Assembly (NCBI GenBank): GCA_964409225.1
Contig: CAYPCM010000001.1
Location: 32,173 to 96,172 of the forward strand
DNA: 64,000 nucleotides
Reading direction: 5' to 3'
Source of the DNA: an uncultured Candidatus Saccharibacteria bacterium
Lineage (GTDB): Bacteria > Patescibacteriota > Minisyncoccia > JACPXH01
Below the pieces are notes generated by a model. The model worked only from the letters and a program-made list of their open reading frames with translations, made no database searches and was not told the origin of the DNA. Positions 1 through 8,743 of the stretch are shown piece after piece; position 1 is the first letter of the stretch; each line of letters begins with the position of its first letter. The position numbers and the translations under genes were made by a program.

Positions 1-495
1 AATCAAGCCGGAGTTATTCCGATAATTTTTGCGCTTTCCATTTTGCTGTTTCCGGGCATGATCGGCGCGTTTCTGGCGCGGGTGCCGGCGCTCTCCGGCA
101 TTGCCGGCGCCCTTACCGGTTTTACCAACAACCCTTGGGCCTACGGCATACTATATTTTGTTTTGGTTGTTTTGTTCACTTATTTTTATACTTTCGTAAC
201 CTTCGACCCGCAGGCGATTGCCTCGAATCTTCAAAAGCAGGGCGGGTTTGTGCCGGGCATAAGACCCGGTACTTCAACGGCCGAACATCTGTCGCGAATT
301 CTGACGCGTATCACTCTCGGCGGGGCGTTATTCCTGGGTGCCATTGCCGTTTTGCCACTTGTGGTTCAGGCGTTTCTGCGCACCAGCGCTCTTACTATCG
401 GTGGCACAGCGCTGCTCATCGTGGTGTCAGTGGTTCTTGAAACAGCCAAACAGGTTAAGGCGCAGCTGGTCATGCGCGAGTACGAAGCGTTTTGA
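1..495 (+). CDS. secY: preprotein translocase subunit SecY, C-terminal part (truncated by window start)
   Basis: Frame 1 from base 1 reads NQAGVIPIIFA...; also FTYFYT, GGFVPGIRPG and GGTALLIVVSV SecY motifs; followed by adk-map. Confidence 0.97.
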   Translation, partial: NQAGVIPIIFALSILLFPGMIGAFLARVPALSGIAGALTGFTNNPWAYGILYFVLVVLFTYFYTFVTFDPQAIASNLQKQGGFVPGIRPGTSTAEHLSRILTRITLGGALFLGAIAVLPLVVQAFLRTSALTIGGTALLIVVSVVLETAKQVKAQLVMREYEAF

Positions 496-526
496 TCGGC
501 GTCGCGTTCCGGTATCCTTACATGGG

Positions 527-643
527 TTGACCCCATTAGAAGTCCATAGTTTTACAATCTATTGCGGAGGTCTAAGGGCGAAGCCGCCTAACGGCTTGCG
601 TTCACTTTTTGGAAGACACGATTTAGACCTCTAACGGGGTTGA
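527..643. mobile_element. MITE family A, copy 1 (109-bp core plus TTGA duplication)
   Basis: TTGA-CCCCATTAGA(531)...TCTAACGGGG(639)-TTGA; interior closely similar to 18212-18322. Confidence 0.85.
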
Positions 644-668
644 GAAAGGTGGTTGAGGATGGTATGCT
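640..668 (+). promoter_or_regulatory. putative sigma70 promoter of adk
   Basis: TTGAGA-17 bp-TATGCT with TGn extension, 8 bp before ATG 677. Confidence 0.55.
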
Positions 669-676
669 TGAGGCAC

Positions 677-1339
677 ATGGCTGCTATTGACATTGTTCTT
701 CTCGGCCGTTCCGGCTGCGGCAAGGGCACACAGGCAGAGCGGTTGGCGAAGCATTTTGGGCTGGCGGTGGTGAGTCCGGGTGAGCGGTTTCGTAAACTTG
801 CCGCCACCTCTTCGTGGACTGGCGAGAAAATTAAAGCCATCATTGATTCAGGGGGGCTGCCGCCAGATTGGCTGGCGGCGCATTTGTGGCTGGCAGAACT
901 TATAGAAAAAATAGTGCCTGGTCGCGGGCTTATTTTTGACGGTACGCCCCGTCGCTTGCCCGAGGCCAAGCTCATTGATGAAATCCTGGCTTGGTACGAG
1001 CGGACCAATGTGCACGTATTTCTGCTCGACATCAGTCGGGAGGAGGCCCGTCGGCGTCTTACCGGACGGCGCATCTGCGTTGGCTGCAGCACCATCGCTC
1101 ACGCCATCTATGACGACACTGACGCGGCCAAGTGCCTTGAGTGCGGCGGCACGCTGGTAAGTCGCCCCGACGATACGGCGGAGGCGATCGGCAAGCGCCT
1201 CGATTGGTTTGATGCAGACGTTATGCCGATTATCCACTATTACGAAACCCAGGGGCGGCTTACGCGGATTAACGGCGAAAGGCCCATCGAAGTTGTCGCC
1301 GCTGAACTCCTTCAGGCCGTAGAGGCGCACCTGGCGTAA
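677..1339 (+). CDS. adk: adenylate kinase
   Basis: P-loop GRSGCGKGTQ, FDGTPRR, Zn-type LID CxxC...CxxC, RPDD; directly after secY. Confidence 0.95.
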   Translation: MAAIDIVLLGRSGCGKGTQAERLAKHFGLAVVSPGERFRKLAATSSWTGEKIKAIIDSGGLPPDWLAAHLWLAELIEKIVPGRGLIFDGTPRRLPEAKLIDEILAWYERTNVHVFLLDISREEARRRLTGRRICVGCSTIAHAIYDDTDAAKCLECGGTLVSRPDDTAEAIGKRLDWFDADVMPIIHYYETQGRLTRINGERPIEVVAAELLQAVEAHLA

Positions 1340-1368
1340 TTGTTCGCGCCGACGTTCCGCAATGCGCC

Positions 1369-2112
1369 ATGTTTCACTCGAAGACACCAGAGGAAATAGC
1401 ACTGATGCGCGAAGGAGGCAGAATACTTGCGCGTATTCTTCGGGCCGTTAGCGTCATCGTTGCCGCTGGCGTGACCACGGGGCAACTCAACGATTTGGCC
1501 GAGCAGCTTATTCGCGAGTCCGGGGTTATGTCCGCATTTAAGGGCTATCGCAATTTCCCGGCGGCATTATGCGTCTCGGTTAATGACGAGGTTGTGCATG
1601 GGGTGCCGAGTGATCGCTTGCTTATGGGCGGCGACGTAGTGGGGCTTGATTTGGGTATTAAGCATCGAGAATTATTTACAGACACGGCTCTCACAGTCGG
1701 GATTGAGCCATTGGCAGACGAAGCGCGGGAACTCATCAAAGTGGCGCGCGAAGCACTCGCTGTAGGAATTCGCGCAGCTCAGCCCGGAGCGACGACTGGG
1801 GACGTGGGTTGCGCGATTGAATCCTTTGTCCGCAGTCACGGTTTTGCGGTGGTGCGAGATCTGGTGGGGCATGGTATTGGTCGGGCGCCGCACGAAGAGC
1901 CGGCGGTGCCTAATTTTGGTAAAGCCCAAAGCGGTCCCACCCTCGAAGTTGGCATGACCTTAGCCATTGAGCCGATGGTGGTGGCGGGCGAAGCTGACGT
2001 GCTGCAGGCGCCGACTGGCGTATGGAAAACAAGAGATGGCTTTTTGTCCGCGCATTTCGAGCACACAGTGGCGATCGTGCGTGGGGGAGCCCGAACGCTA
2101 ACTTTGGCTTAG
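1369..2112 (+). CDS. map: methionine aminopeptidase type I
   Basis: CVSVNDEVVHGVP, GHGIG, AIEPM, SAHFEHT motifs. Confidence 0.97.
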   Translation: MFHSKTPEEIALMREGGRILARILRAVSVIVAAGVTTGQLNDLAEQLIRESGVMSAFKGYRNFPAALCVSVNDEVVHGVPSDRLLMGGDVVGLDLGIKHRELFTDTALTVGIEPLADEARELIKVAREALAVGIRAAQPGATTGDVGCAIESFVRSHGFAVVRDLVGHGIGRAPHEEPAVPNFGKAQSGPTLEVGMTLAIEPMVVAGEADVLQAPTGVWKTRDGFLSAHFEHTVAIVRGGARTLTLA

Positions 2113-2153
2113 GGCTTTGCGCGTAAGGCCCTGTTGCTGTTACACTGGACAGT

Positions 2154-2546
2154 ATGAAAATACTGGCGGTTGATTACGGCAGCGCGAGCGTGGGTTTGGC
2201 CATTTCCGACCCGGGCTGCTCTTTTGCTTTTCCGTTTCGCACTATTCAGGCGGGTTCGCGAATTATCCGCACGCTTAAGGAGATTTGTGACGCGGAGGGC
2301 GTGACTAAAATCATCGTGGGACATCCTCGTACGCTTACGGGTGGTGACGGGCAGCAGGTCACAGCTGCGCAACGGTTCGCTCAACGGTTGCGTCAAGCGG
2401 TTTCTGTGGCTGTGGAGTTTGAGGACGAACGATTCACAAGCGCTCTAGCCCGGCGCTGCCTGCGCGAGTCGGCAGCCAAAGGTGACGGCCACAGTGTTGC
2501 GGCCGCTTGCATTCTCGAAAGCCACCTTACTCACCTTCATCTATAG
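2154..2546 (+). CDS. ruvX: YqgF/RuvX family nuclease
   Basis: ILAVDYG...VGLAISD, IVGHP, DERFTS motifs. Confidence 0.9.
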   Translation: MKILAVDYGSASVGLAISDPGCSFAFPFRTIQAGSRIIRTLKEICDAEGVTKIIVGHPRTLTGGDGQQVTAAQRFAQRLRQAVSVAVEFEDERFTSALARRCLRESAAKGDGHSVAAACILESHLTHLHL

Positions 2547-2554
2547 CTTGTAGT

Positions 2555-3304
2555 ATGCCCAGTTCAGCTTTGCCGCGATTGTCTGTTGTGATTCCGGCCT
2601 ATAACGAGGCCAAACGCATTACGGCGACCCTCCTTGACGTCGATCATTACTTGAGCCGGCAGGGTTACGCTTACGAGATTTTGGTCATGAACGACGGGTC
2701 CACCGACAATACTGTGGAGGTGGTGCGCCGGTTTGAGGGCACAATTGCTCATCTGCGGCTCATTGACAATTCGGAAAATAATGGCAAAGGATACGTGGTG
2801 CGTCGGGGTATGCTTGAAAGTCGGGGCGCGGTACGGCTGTTCACTGATGCCGACAACTCAACTTCTATTGATCATATCGAGCAGTTTTGGCCATACTTCG
2901 ATGAGGGCTATGATATTGTTATTGGCTCGCGGGCTGTTCGTGGCGCCAAGATTGCGGTTCATCAGTCCCTGTTAAAGGAGCTTGCCGGGCGTCTCGGGAA
3001 CAAGTATATCCAAATCATGGCCGTGTGGGGCATTAAAGATACGCAGGCTGGATTTAAGGCCTTTACCGCGGAGGCGGCTCGTGATATTTTTTCGCGGCTC
3101 ACTATAAATCGTTGGGGTTTCGACGTGGAGACGCTGGCGGTGGCGCGACTGTTGAGCTATCGCATTCGGGAGATGCCGATTCGGTGGGTAAATGCCGTTG
3201 CTTCTCATGTGCGCGTTTCTGCCTATCTCGAAGTGCTTTGGGAGACGACGAAAATCCGGTTTAATATCTGGCGGGGGAAGTATACAAAAAGTTTAAAAGT
3301 TTAA
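2555..3304 (+). CDS. GT2 glycosyltransferase (dolichyl-phosphate beta-glucosyltransferase-like)
   Basis: SVVIPAYNE, NDGSTD, GKG, FTDAD, DTQAGFK, WGFDVE. Confidence 0.92.
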   Translation: MPSSALPRLSVVIPAYNEAKRITATLLDVDHYLSRQGYAYEILVMNDGSTDNTVEVVRRFEGTIAHLRLIDNSENNGKGYVVRRGMLESRGAVRLFTDADNSTSIDHIEQFWPYFDEGYDIVIGSRAVRGAKIAVHQSLLKELAGRLGNKYIQIMAVWGIKDTQAGFKAFTAEAARDIFSRLTINRWGFDVETLAVARLLSYRIREMPIRWVNAVASHVRVSAYLEVLWETTKIRFNIWRGKYTKSLKV

Positions 3305-3427
3305 AGTGAAAAGTGCAAAGTTAGAGCCCCGCTCGCGGCGGACGATTGCTGACTGAGATTTCGGCATATCGACACATCGAAATGTCTTATGCGTCCGGTC
3401 ACTTTTAATTTTTAACTTTAAACTTTT
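3287..3427. repeat. 7-bp-periodic inverted-repeat (heptamer hairpin) element
   Basis: A-rich arm AAAAGTTTAAAAGTTTAAAGTGAAAAGTG and complementary T-rich arm CACTTTTAATTTTTAACTTTAAACTTTT. Confidence 0.75.
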
Positions 3428-3429
3428 AC

Positions 3430-4449
3430 ATGGAGCATACTTCTGAATTGCGTCGCGATCTTGTTTCTGGCGATTGGGTGGTCGTAGCCACTGGTCGTGC
3501 CAAGCGCCCGGGCGCTTTTAAGCATTTCGAACCGGAAAAGCCCGCCCCTAAAGAAGGGTGTCCTTTTGAAGATCCCAAGGGTGAGGTCCTATTGGCGTAC
3601 GACGTCGAGGGCAGGGTATTGGGTGAACACAACCGCAGCGATTGGTTTGTGCAGTCGGTGGCAAACAAGTTCCCGGCTTTCGGCACCGGACGCTGCGATG
3701 AAACCCACGAGGTGGGCCCCTACGTTGTTTTAGACGGCGTCGGCGCCCATGAGGTGGTGATTACGCGCGATCACGAGCGCCATTGGGGTCATTTCACCAA
3801 GCCCGAAGCAGGCGCGGTTATGAAGGCCTATCACGCGCGCTACGTGCATCTACTTGAAGCAGCGTGCGTGCGTTATGTTTCCATCTTCCATAATCACGGC
3901 AGTACTGCCGGCGCTTCGGTTTGGCATCCGCATTCTCAAATTATCGCCATCCCCGTGATTCCGCCCGACGTGGGGCGCAGCTTGGACGGTTCGCGCCGGT
4001 ATTGGTCTGAAAACAAGATTTGCGTTCATTGCGCCATGATGGCGTGGGAAGTCGAAGACAAACAAAGGATTGTTTTTGAAAACGAACACGCGATCGCCTT
4101 TTGTCCGTTTGTGTCCAGAACAGCCTTTGAGGTTAGGATTTTCCCGAAACGCCACGAACCATTCTTCGAGCGTTCTTCCGACGTTGAACTTGCCGATACG
4201 GCCGCGGCAGTCCTTGGGGCCCTAAGCCGCATTGCCGAAAAACTCAATGAACCGGCGTACAACTTTTTCGTGCATACAGCGCCCTCCACTGCCGCGGCCG
4301 ACTACGCGCACTATCACTGGCACATCGAAATTCTCCCGAAGACCCAAATTTGGGCCGGGTTTGAGCTGGGTACGGGGATAGAAATTTCTACGATTTCGCC
4401 AGAGGTTGCGGCGGCTTACCTGCGCGGCGAAGTTGCGGACGAGGCATGA
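3430..4449 (+). CDS. galT: galactose-1-phosphate uridylyltransferase (HIT superfamily)
   Basis: ELRRDLVSGDWVV, NKFPA, GAHEVVI, HPHSQ, HWHIEI, GFELGTG. Confidence 0.93.
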   Translation: MEHTSELRRDLVSGDWVVVATGRAKRPGAFKHFEPEKPAPKEGCPFEDPKGEVLLAYDVEGRVLGEHNRSDWFVQSVANKFPAFGTGRCDETHEVGPYVVLDGVGAHEVVITRDHERHWGHFTKPEAGAVMKAYHARYVHLLEAACVRYVSIFHNHGSTAGASVWHPHSQIIAIPVIPPDVGRSLDGSRRYWSENKICVHCAMMAWEVEDKQRIVFENEHAIAFCPFVSRTAFEVRIFPKRHEPFFERSSDVELADTAAAVLGALSRIAEKLNEPAYNFFVHTAPSTAAADYAHYHWHIEILPKTQIWAGFELGTGIEISTISPEVAAAYLRGEVADEA

Positions 4450-5114
4450 CCTTTGCCGGCGCTTCCATAATCGGCGCAATCACGCTTGGCGTCGTGCGCT
4501 TGATTGAGCTTGGCGGCTATGGCGGCGTTCTCGTACTTATGACGCTTGAAAGCGCCGGCGCGCCCATTCCTTCGGAAATAATTATGCCTTTTGCGGGGTT
4601 TTTGGTGGCTCAAGGCAAGCTCAATTTTTGGCTGGTGGTGACGATGGGCACGCTTGGCAACCTGCTTGGATCGCTTTTGCTCTACTACATAGGCAATGTC
4701 GGCGGCAGGCCATTTCTGGAGAGATACGGCAAATATTTTCTTTTATCCAAGCGGGAACTCGAGCGTTCCGAGCGGTGGTTCAAACGGTACGGCGGCCCGA
4801 TTGTTTTCTTTGGCCGGCTGCTACCGGTCGTGCGAACGTATATTTCGCTGCCAGCCGGGCTTTCGCAGATGCCGCTTGGGCAGTTTGGTCTCTATACTTT
4901 TGTTGGTTCGGCGCCGTGGTCTGTTCTTTTTGCTTGGCTTGGAGTGAGATTGGGTGCGAATTGGACCGTGATTGAATCGTATTTCAGGCAGTTTGACATC
5001 GCGATTGTTGTAGCTATCGTGTTATTGATTGGGTGGTGGATTTGGCGCCAGCGAAAGGCGAAGATCCGCAGAGTCGTTGAAGAGACGATCGAGGAGATAC
5101 AAAAGCCCATCTGA
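4446..5114 (+). CDS. DedA family membrane protein
   Basis: LES..PIPSEIIMPFAGF, FFGRLLPVVRTYISLPAG. Confidence 0.93.
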   Translation: MTFAGASIIGAITLGVVRLIELGGYGGVLVLMTLESAGAPIPSEIIMPFAGFLVAQGKLNFWLVVTMGTLGNLLGSLLLYYIGNVGGRPFLERYGKYFLLSKRELERSERWFKRYGGPIVFFGRLLPVVRTYISLPAGLSQMPLGQFGLYTFVGSAPWSVLFAWLGVRLGANWTVIESYFRQFDIAIVVAIVLLIGWWIWRQRKAKIRRVVEETIEEIQKPI

Positions 5115-5186
5115 ACGATCAATGCCTAATTTCTAATTGGTCTAATCCGAAAGCAATTCGACCTTAGACATTTTTCGCCAGGCGCC

Positions 5187-5939
5187 ATGCCCAAACTTAT
5201 TGTCGCCAACTGGAAGATGAATCCTGCCACCTACGCGGAGGCAGAGGAGTTACTTGCATCTGTGCTCGAGGGGACGAGGGGGGCACGGGGGGTAGAGGTG
5301 ATCATCTGTCCGCCGTTCGTGTGGCTTACGGACTTTTCGCACAAAATGAAATCAATTTCTTTCGGCGCGCAAGATGTGTTCTGGGAAACGCAGGGCGCGT
5401 ACACGGGTGAAATTTCTCCCGCGATGCTTGTTTCGTCGCGCGTCACACACGTGATCGTCGGTCACTCGGAGCGCCGGCGCCATCTGGGCGAAACCGATGA
5501 GATGGTCAACCGCAAGGTGCGCGCAGCACTCACCGCCGGACTCGAGGTGATTTTGTGCGTGGGCGAACATTCAAGAGATGAGGACGATGTTGTGCGCGTG
5601 CTCGACGGGCAAGTTTCGGCAGCGCTTGCAGGTGTGCCCAAGCAGTATCTCGAGCGGCTTACCGTGGCGTATGAGCCGGTCTGGGCGATTGGGACCGGCA
5701 CGGCCGATACACCCAATGATGCGCTTTCCGCCGCAATCTCTATCCGGAAAACCATTCGGAATCTATACGACAAAAAAACCGCCTCCGGTGTGCGGGTGCT
5801 TTACGGCGGAAGCGTGAACACGGCGAATGCGGCTCCGTTCTTGCGGGAGGAGGGGATTGCCGGCGCGCTTGTGGGAGGGGCGTCGCTCCGGGCCGAAGAA
5901 TTTATTGAGATCGTCCGGCAGGCCGCTGCCGTTGGCTAG
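5187..5939 (+). CDS. tpiA: triose-phosphate isomerase
   Basis: VANWKMN, GHSERR, AYEPVWAIGTG, YGGSV, LVGGAS. Confidence 0.98.
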   Translation: MPKLIVANWKMNPATYAEAEELLASVLEGTRGARGVEVIICPPFVWLTDFSHKMKSISFGAQDVFWETQGAYTGEISPAMLVSSRVTHVIVGHSERRRHLGETDEMVNRKVRAALTAGLEVILCVGEHSRDEDDVVRVLDGQVSAALAGVPKQYLERLTVAYEPVWAIGTGTADTPNDALSAAISIRKTIRNLYDKKTASGVRVLYGGSVNTANAAPFLREEGIAGALVGGASLRAEEFIEIVRQAAAVG

Positions 5940-5972
5940 GCGTGTGATCGTCAGAACTAGCAAGCTAAATCC

Positions 5973-7220
5973 TCAGTCGTTCTGGATGTAAATGGAGAGG
6001 CCCCGTAGCCAGATCATGACCGCGCGGGAGAAGGGGAGGATGGACGAGAGGTACACGAGTTCGATCGCCTGTTTGATGCACCAGCCGGCAAAGCCAGTAA
6101 GTCGAAATATCAGGAGGTCGGCGATCGCCCATTTGCCACCAATAGGGATGACATAAGGGTAGCGGCGAATGCGATAGGGAGTAGCCGATTTGCCCATAAG
6201 GCGGCGGACGATGTTGCGCGCTGCGTGCTTGCCCTGTTCAATCGCCACGCGGGCCGTCGCCGGCACGGGTTGTTTTGTTTCGGGGTCGATGAGGTGAGTG
6301 TTGTCGCCGATGGCCCAAATGCCGGAAGCGCATAGCAATGTTTCTGACACCGCCATATGGCCTGATCTGTCATGCTTCAGGGCCGCTGCTTGCGCTAGGC
6401 GGTTTGGCTGAATCCCGCCAGTCCAGATGGTGACTAATGTTTCGATTCTTTCTGTTATACCCGGCGCTGTTTCGACCATAAGTCCAGCTTGGTCTGCCGA
6501 AGTTACGCAAGTGCCGGTTTTGATGGTTACACCAATCGTTTCGAGGCGACGCGTCGCCGCTCGGATGACGTCTGGTCTGAAGCCCTTGAGAATCGTGGGG
6601 CAGGCCTCGATAAGAACGACCCCTGGTTTTTCCCAGCCAAGGGCGCGGCCGAAGCCCATCATCTCAGCCGCAACTTCTACGCCAGCTGACCCGCCGCCGC
6701 ACACCGCGATGGGCAGGCGTGTTTGAGCGGCGAGCCGTTCGGCAATGCGGTTACGCAGCCGAATTATTTCGCGGAACGACCTAAAGGAGAATACGTGTTC
6801 TTCAAGCCCGGCTATGCCAAAAAAATTCGGCTCTGCGCCTAAAGCGAGTATAAGGTGAGCAAATGGCAGGAGCGGTTCAGACGTCGTTTGAACCAAGCGC
6901 TCGGCGGAGTCAATTGCCGTCACTTCGGTCTGCAGGAACCGCACGCCGGTTCCAGCCAGAATTTCTTCGTAGGATACTACCGAAACCTTTTGCAGCTCGT
7001 ATGCAGAAGCGTCTGCTTGAGTAGTGCTTGCGATTTCATAGAGCGCCGGTTGGTAGAGTTGTCCGGCCTGGCGATCGATAAGGACGGGAATAAATTGACG
7101 CGCGAGGTCGTGTTGTTTTAGGAGTTTGGCAAGTTCCCGGGCGCAGGCGATGCCGCCAAACCCGCCGCCGAGAATGACTATGTTTTGCGGCAATCGAGTG
7201 TTTTTATCCATACCCCGCAT
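5973..7220 (-). CDS. NAD(P)/FAD oxidoreductase (type II NADH dehydrogenase-like)
   Basis: Two Rossmann motifs GGGFGG and GGGSAGVEVAAE, WTGG, WAIGD. Confidence 0.88.
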   Translation of the reverse strand: MRGMDKNTRLPQNIVILGGGFGGIACARELAKLLKQHDLARQFIPVLIDRQAGQLYQPALYEIASTTQADASAYELQKVSVVSYEEILAGTGVRFLQTEVTAIDSAERLVQTTSEPLLPFAHLILALGAEPNFFGIAGLEEHVFSFRSFREIIRLRNRIAERLAAQTRLPIAVCGGGSAGVEVAAEMMGFGRALGWEKPGVVLIEACPTILKGFRPDVIRAATRRLETIGVTIKTGTCVTSADQAGLMVETAPGITERIETLVTIWTGGIQPNRLAQAAALKHDRSGHMAVSETLLCASGIWAIGDNTHLIDPETKQPVPATARVAIEQGKHAARNIVRRLMGKSATPYRIRRYPYVIPIGGKWAIADLLIFRLTGFAGWCIKQAIELVYLSSILPFSRAVMIWLRGLSIYIQND

Positions 7221-7273
7221 TATACCAGATAACCGTGGAGGGCATGGCTGTGATAGAATGGAGTCGGAGTGAG

Positions 7274-7402
7274 AAATACGAAATCCTAAACTCTAAATCC
7301 GAAACAAAACCCAATACTTAAATTCCAAATCCAAAACGCTTGGGTTTTTGAGATTTGTTGACTGGATATTGTTTAGGATTTCGATATTCGAATTTAGGAT
7401 TT
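7274..7402. repeat. heptamer hairpin element
   Basis: AAATACG/AAATCCT/AAACTCT/AAATCCG/AAACAAA... followed by complementary arm ...TGTTTAGGATTTCGATATTCGAATTTAGGATTT; resembles the rnpB inserts. Confidence 0.8.
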
Positions 7403-7408
7403 TGTGCC

Positions 7409-8584
7409 ATGTGGCGTACGCTTGATGACTTAGACGTGACCGGCAAACGCGTGCTGTGGCGCGTTGATTTTAACGTGTCGATCGGCGAAAGCGGCCGTAT
7501 TGATCAGCAAAATGATTGGCGAATGCGCGCGGCACTCCCAACGCTTGAAACGCTTCTCAAGCACAAGGCGCGAGTAATCGCCGTCAGCCATTTGGGCGAG
7601 CCGGCCGAGCGCGACGCCAGGTTATCTTTGGCGCCGGTGGCAAGCCATTTATCAAAGCTTGCCGGTCAGCGGATTAGGTTTGTGTCGAGTGTCGTGGGGC
7701 CGGAAGCAGTGGCAGCGGCAGATAAGCTTGAGCCCGGCGAAATTATGATGCTTGAGAATGTTCGCTTCGAGCCCGGGGAAATAGTGAACGATCCAAAGCT
7801 TGCCGATCAACTGGCCGCGGGTGCGGAAATGTTTGTATGCGATGCTTTTGGTGTCGCGCATCGGCCGCACGCTTCCCTCGTCGGTCTGCCAGCGCGTCTG
7901 CCGTCGGCGGCCGGAGAGCTGATGTGTCGTGAGGTGAAAACACTCGCTGATTTTATGACGAGTCCGCCCCGGCCGGCAGTGGTCATTCTCGGAGGCGCAA
8001 AGGTCGGCACTAAACTGGCGGTGCTGGCGAGGATTATGGCTGTGGCGGACTATGTGCTTTTGGGAGGCGTGCTGGCCAACACGGTCCTTGCGGCCAAGAA
8101 CTTCAATGTGGGCGCTTCACCCGTTGATAAGACGGTTATTCCTGCCTTGCAGAAGCTGGATCTGGCTTCGTCTAAAATTCTTCTGCCGCAGGATGCGACC
8201 GTGGGGTTAGCGACTGATTCGCAGCAAGGGGTGAGACAAGTGGACGTGGCGCGTGTGAGAGCCGATGAAGCGATGTATGACTTGGGCGAGCGCACAATTG
8301 CCCTGTACCAAGAGGCAATCACCGGCGCGGCCAGCGTTGTTTGGAACGGACCCATGGGACTCGCAGAAGTTGATCCGTTTGCTACAGGTACCGTCGCTTT
8401 GGCAGAGGCAATCGCCGGCAGACGCATTCCCGCGATTGTGGGTGGCGGCGACACCGTGGCGTTTTTGATGCGTCGGGGTTTGGCGTCCTCGTTCTCCCAT
8501 ATTTCAACCGGCGGCGGGGCCATGCTCGCGTTTCTGGCAGGTGAGCGCTTGCCGGCTCTGGAGGCGTTGGGGTACTATAGTTAA
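7409..8584 (+). CDS. pgk: phosphoglycerate kinase
   Basis: RVDFNV, SHLG, LENVRF, DAFGVAHR, GGAKV, WNGPMG, GGGDT, STGGGA. Confidence 0.98.
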   Translation: MWRTLDDLDVTGKRVLWRVDFNVSIGESGRIDQQNDWRMRAALPTLETLLKHKARVIAVSHLGEPAERDARLSLAPVASHLSKLAGQRIRFVSSVVGPEAVAAADKLEPGEIMMLENVRFEPGEIVNDPKLADQLAAGAEMFVCDAFGVAHRPHASLVGLPARLPSAAGELMCREVKTLADFMTSPPRPAVVILGGAKVGTKLAVLARIMAVADYVLLGGVLANTVLAAKNFNVGASPVDKTVIPALQKLDLASSKILLPQDATVGLATDSQQGVRQVDVARVRADEAMYDLGERTIALYQEAITGAASVVWNGPMGLAEVDPFATGTVALAEAIAGRRIPAIVGGGDTVAFLMRRGLASSFSHISTGGGAMLAFLAGERLPALEALGYYS

Positions 8585-8743
8585 ATCAAATATCAAATAG
8601 CTAATCGTAAAAATTATCAATGATCAATTATCAATCAAACTCCAAACTCCAATTTTCAGTTGACGACGTAGCGTATTTGAAAACTGAGAAATTGAAAATT
8701 GAAAATTGAGAATTTAAGTTGTCATTTTTCATTTTCAGATATT
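8583..8743. repeat. heptamer hairpin element(s), AT-rich
   Basis: AAATCAAATATCAAATAGC..., AATTATC/AATGATC/AATTATC units and GAAAATT/GAAAATT/GAGAATT units; ends ...TTTTCATTTTCAGATATT. Confidence 0.7.
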
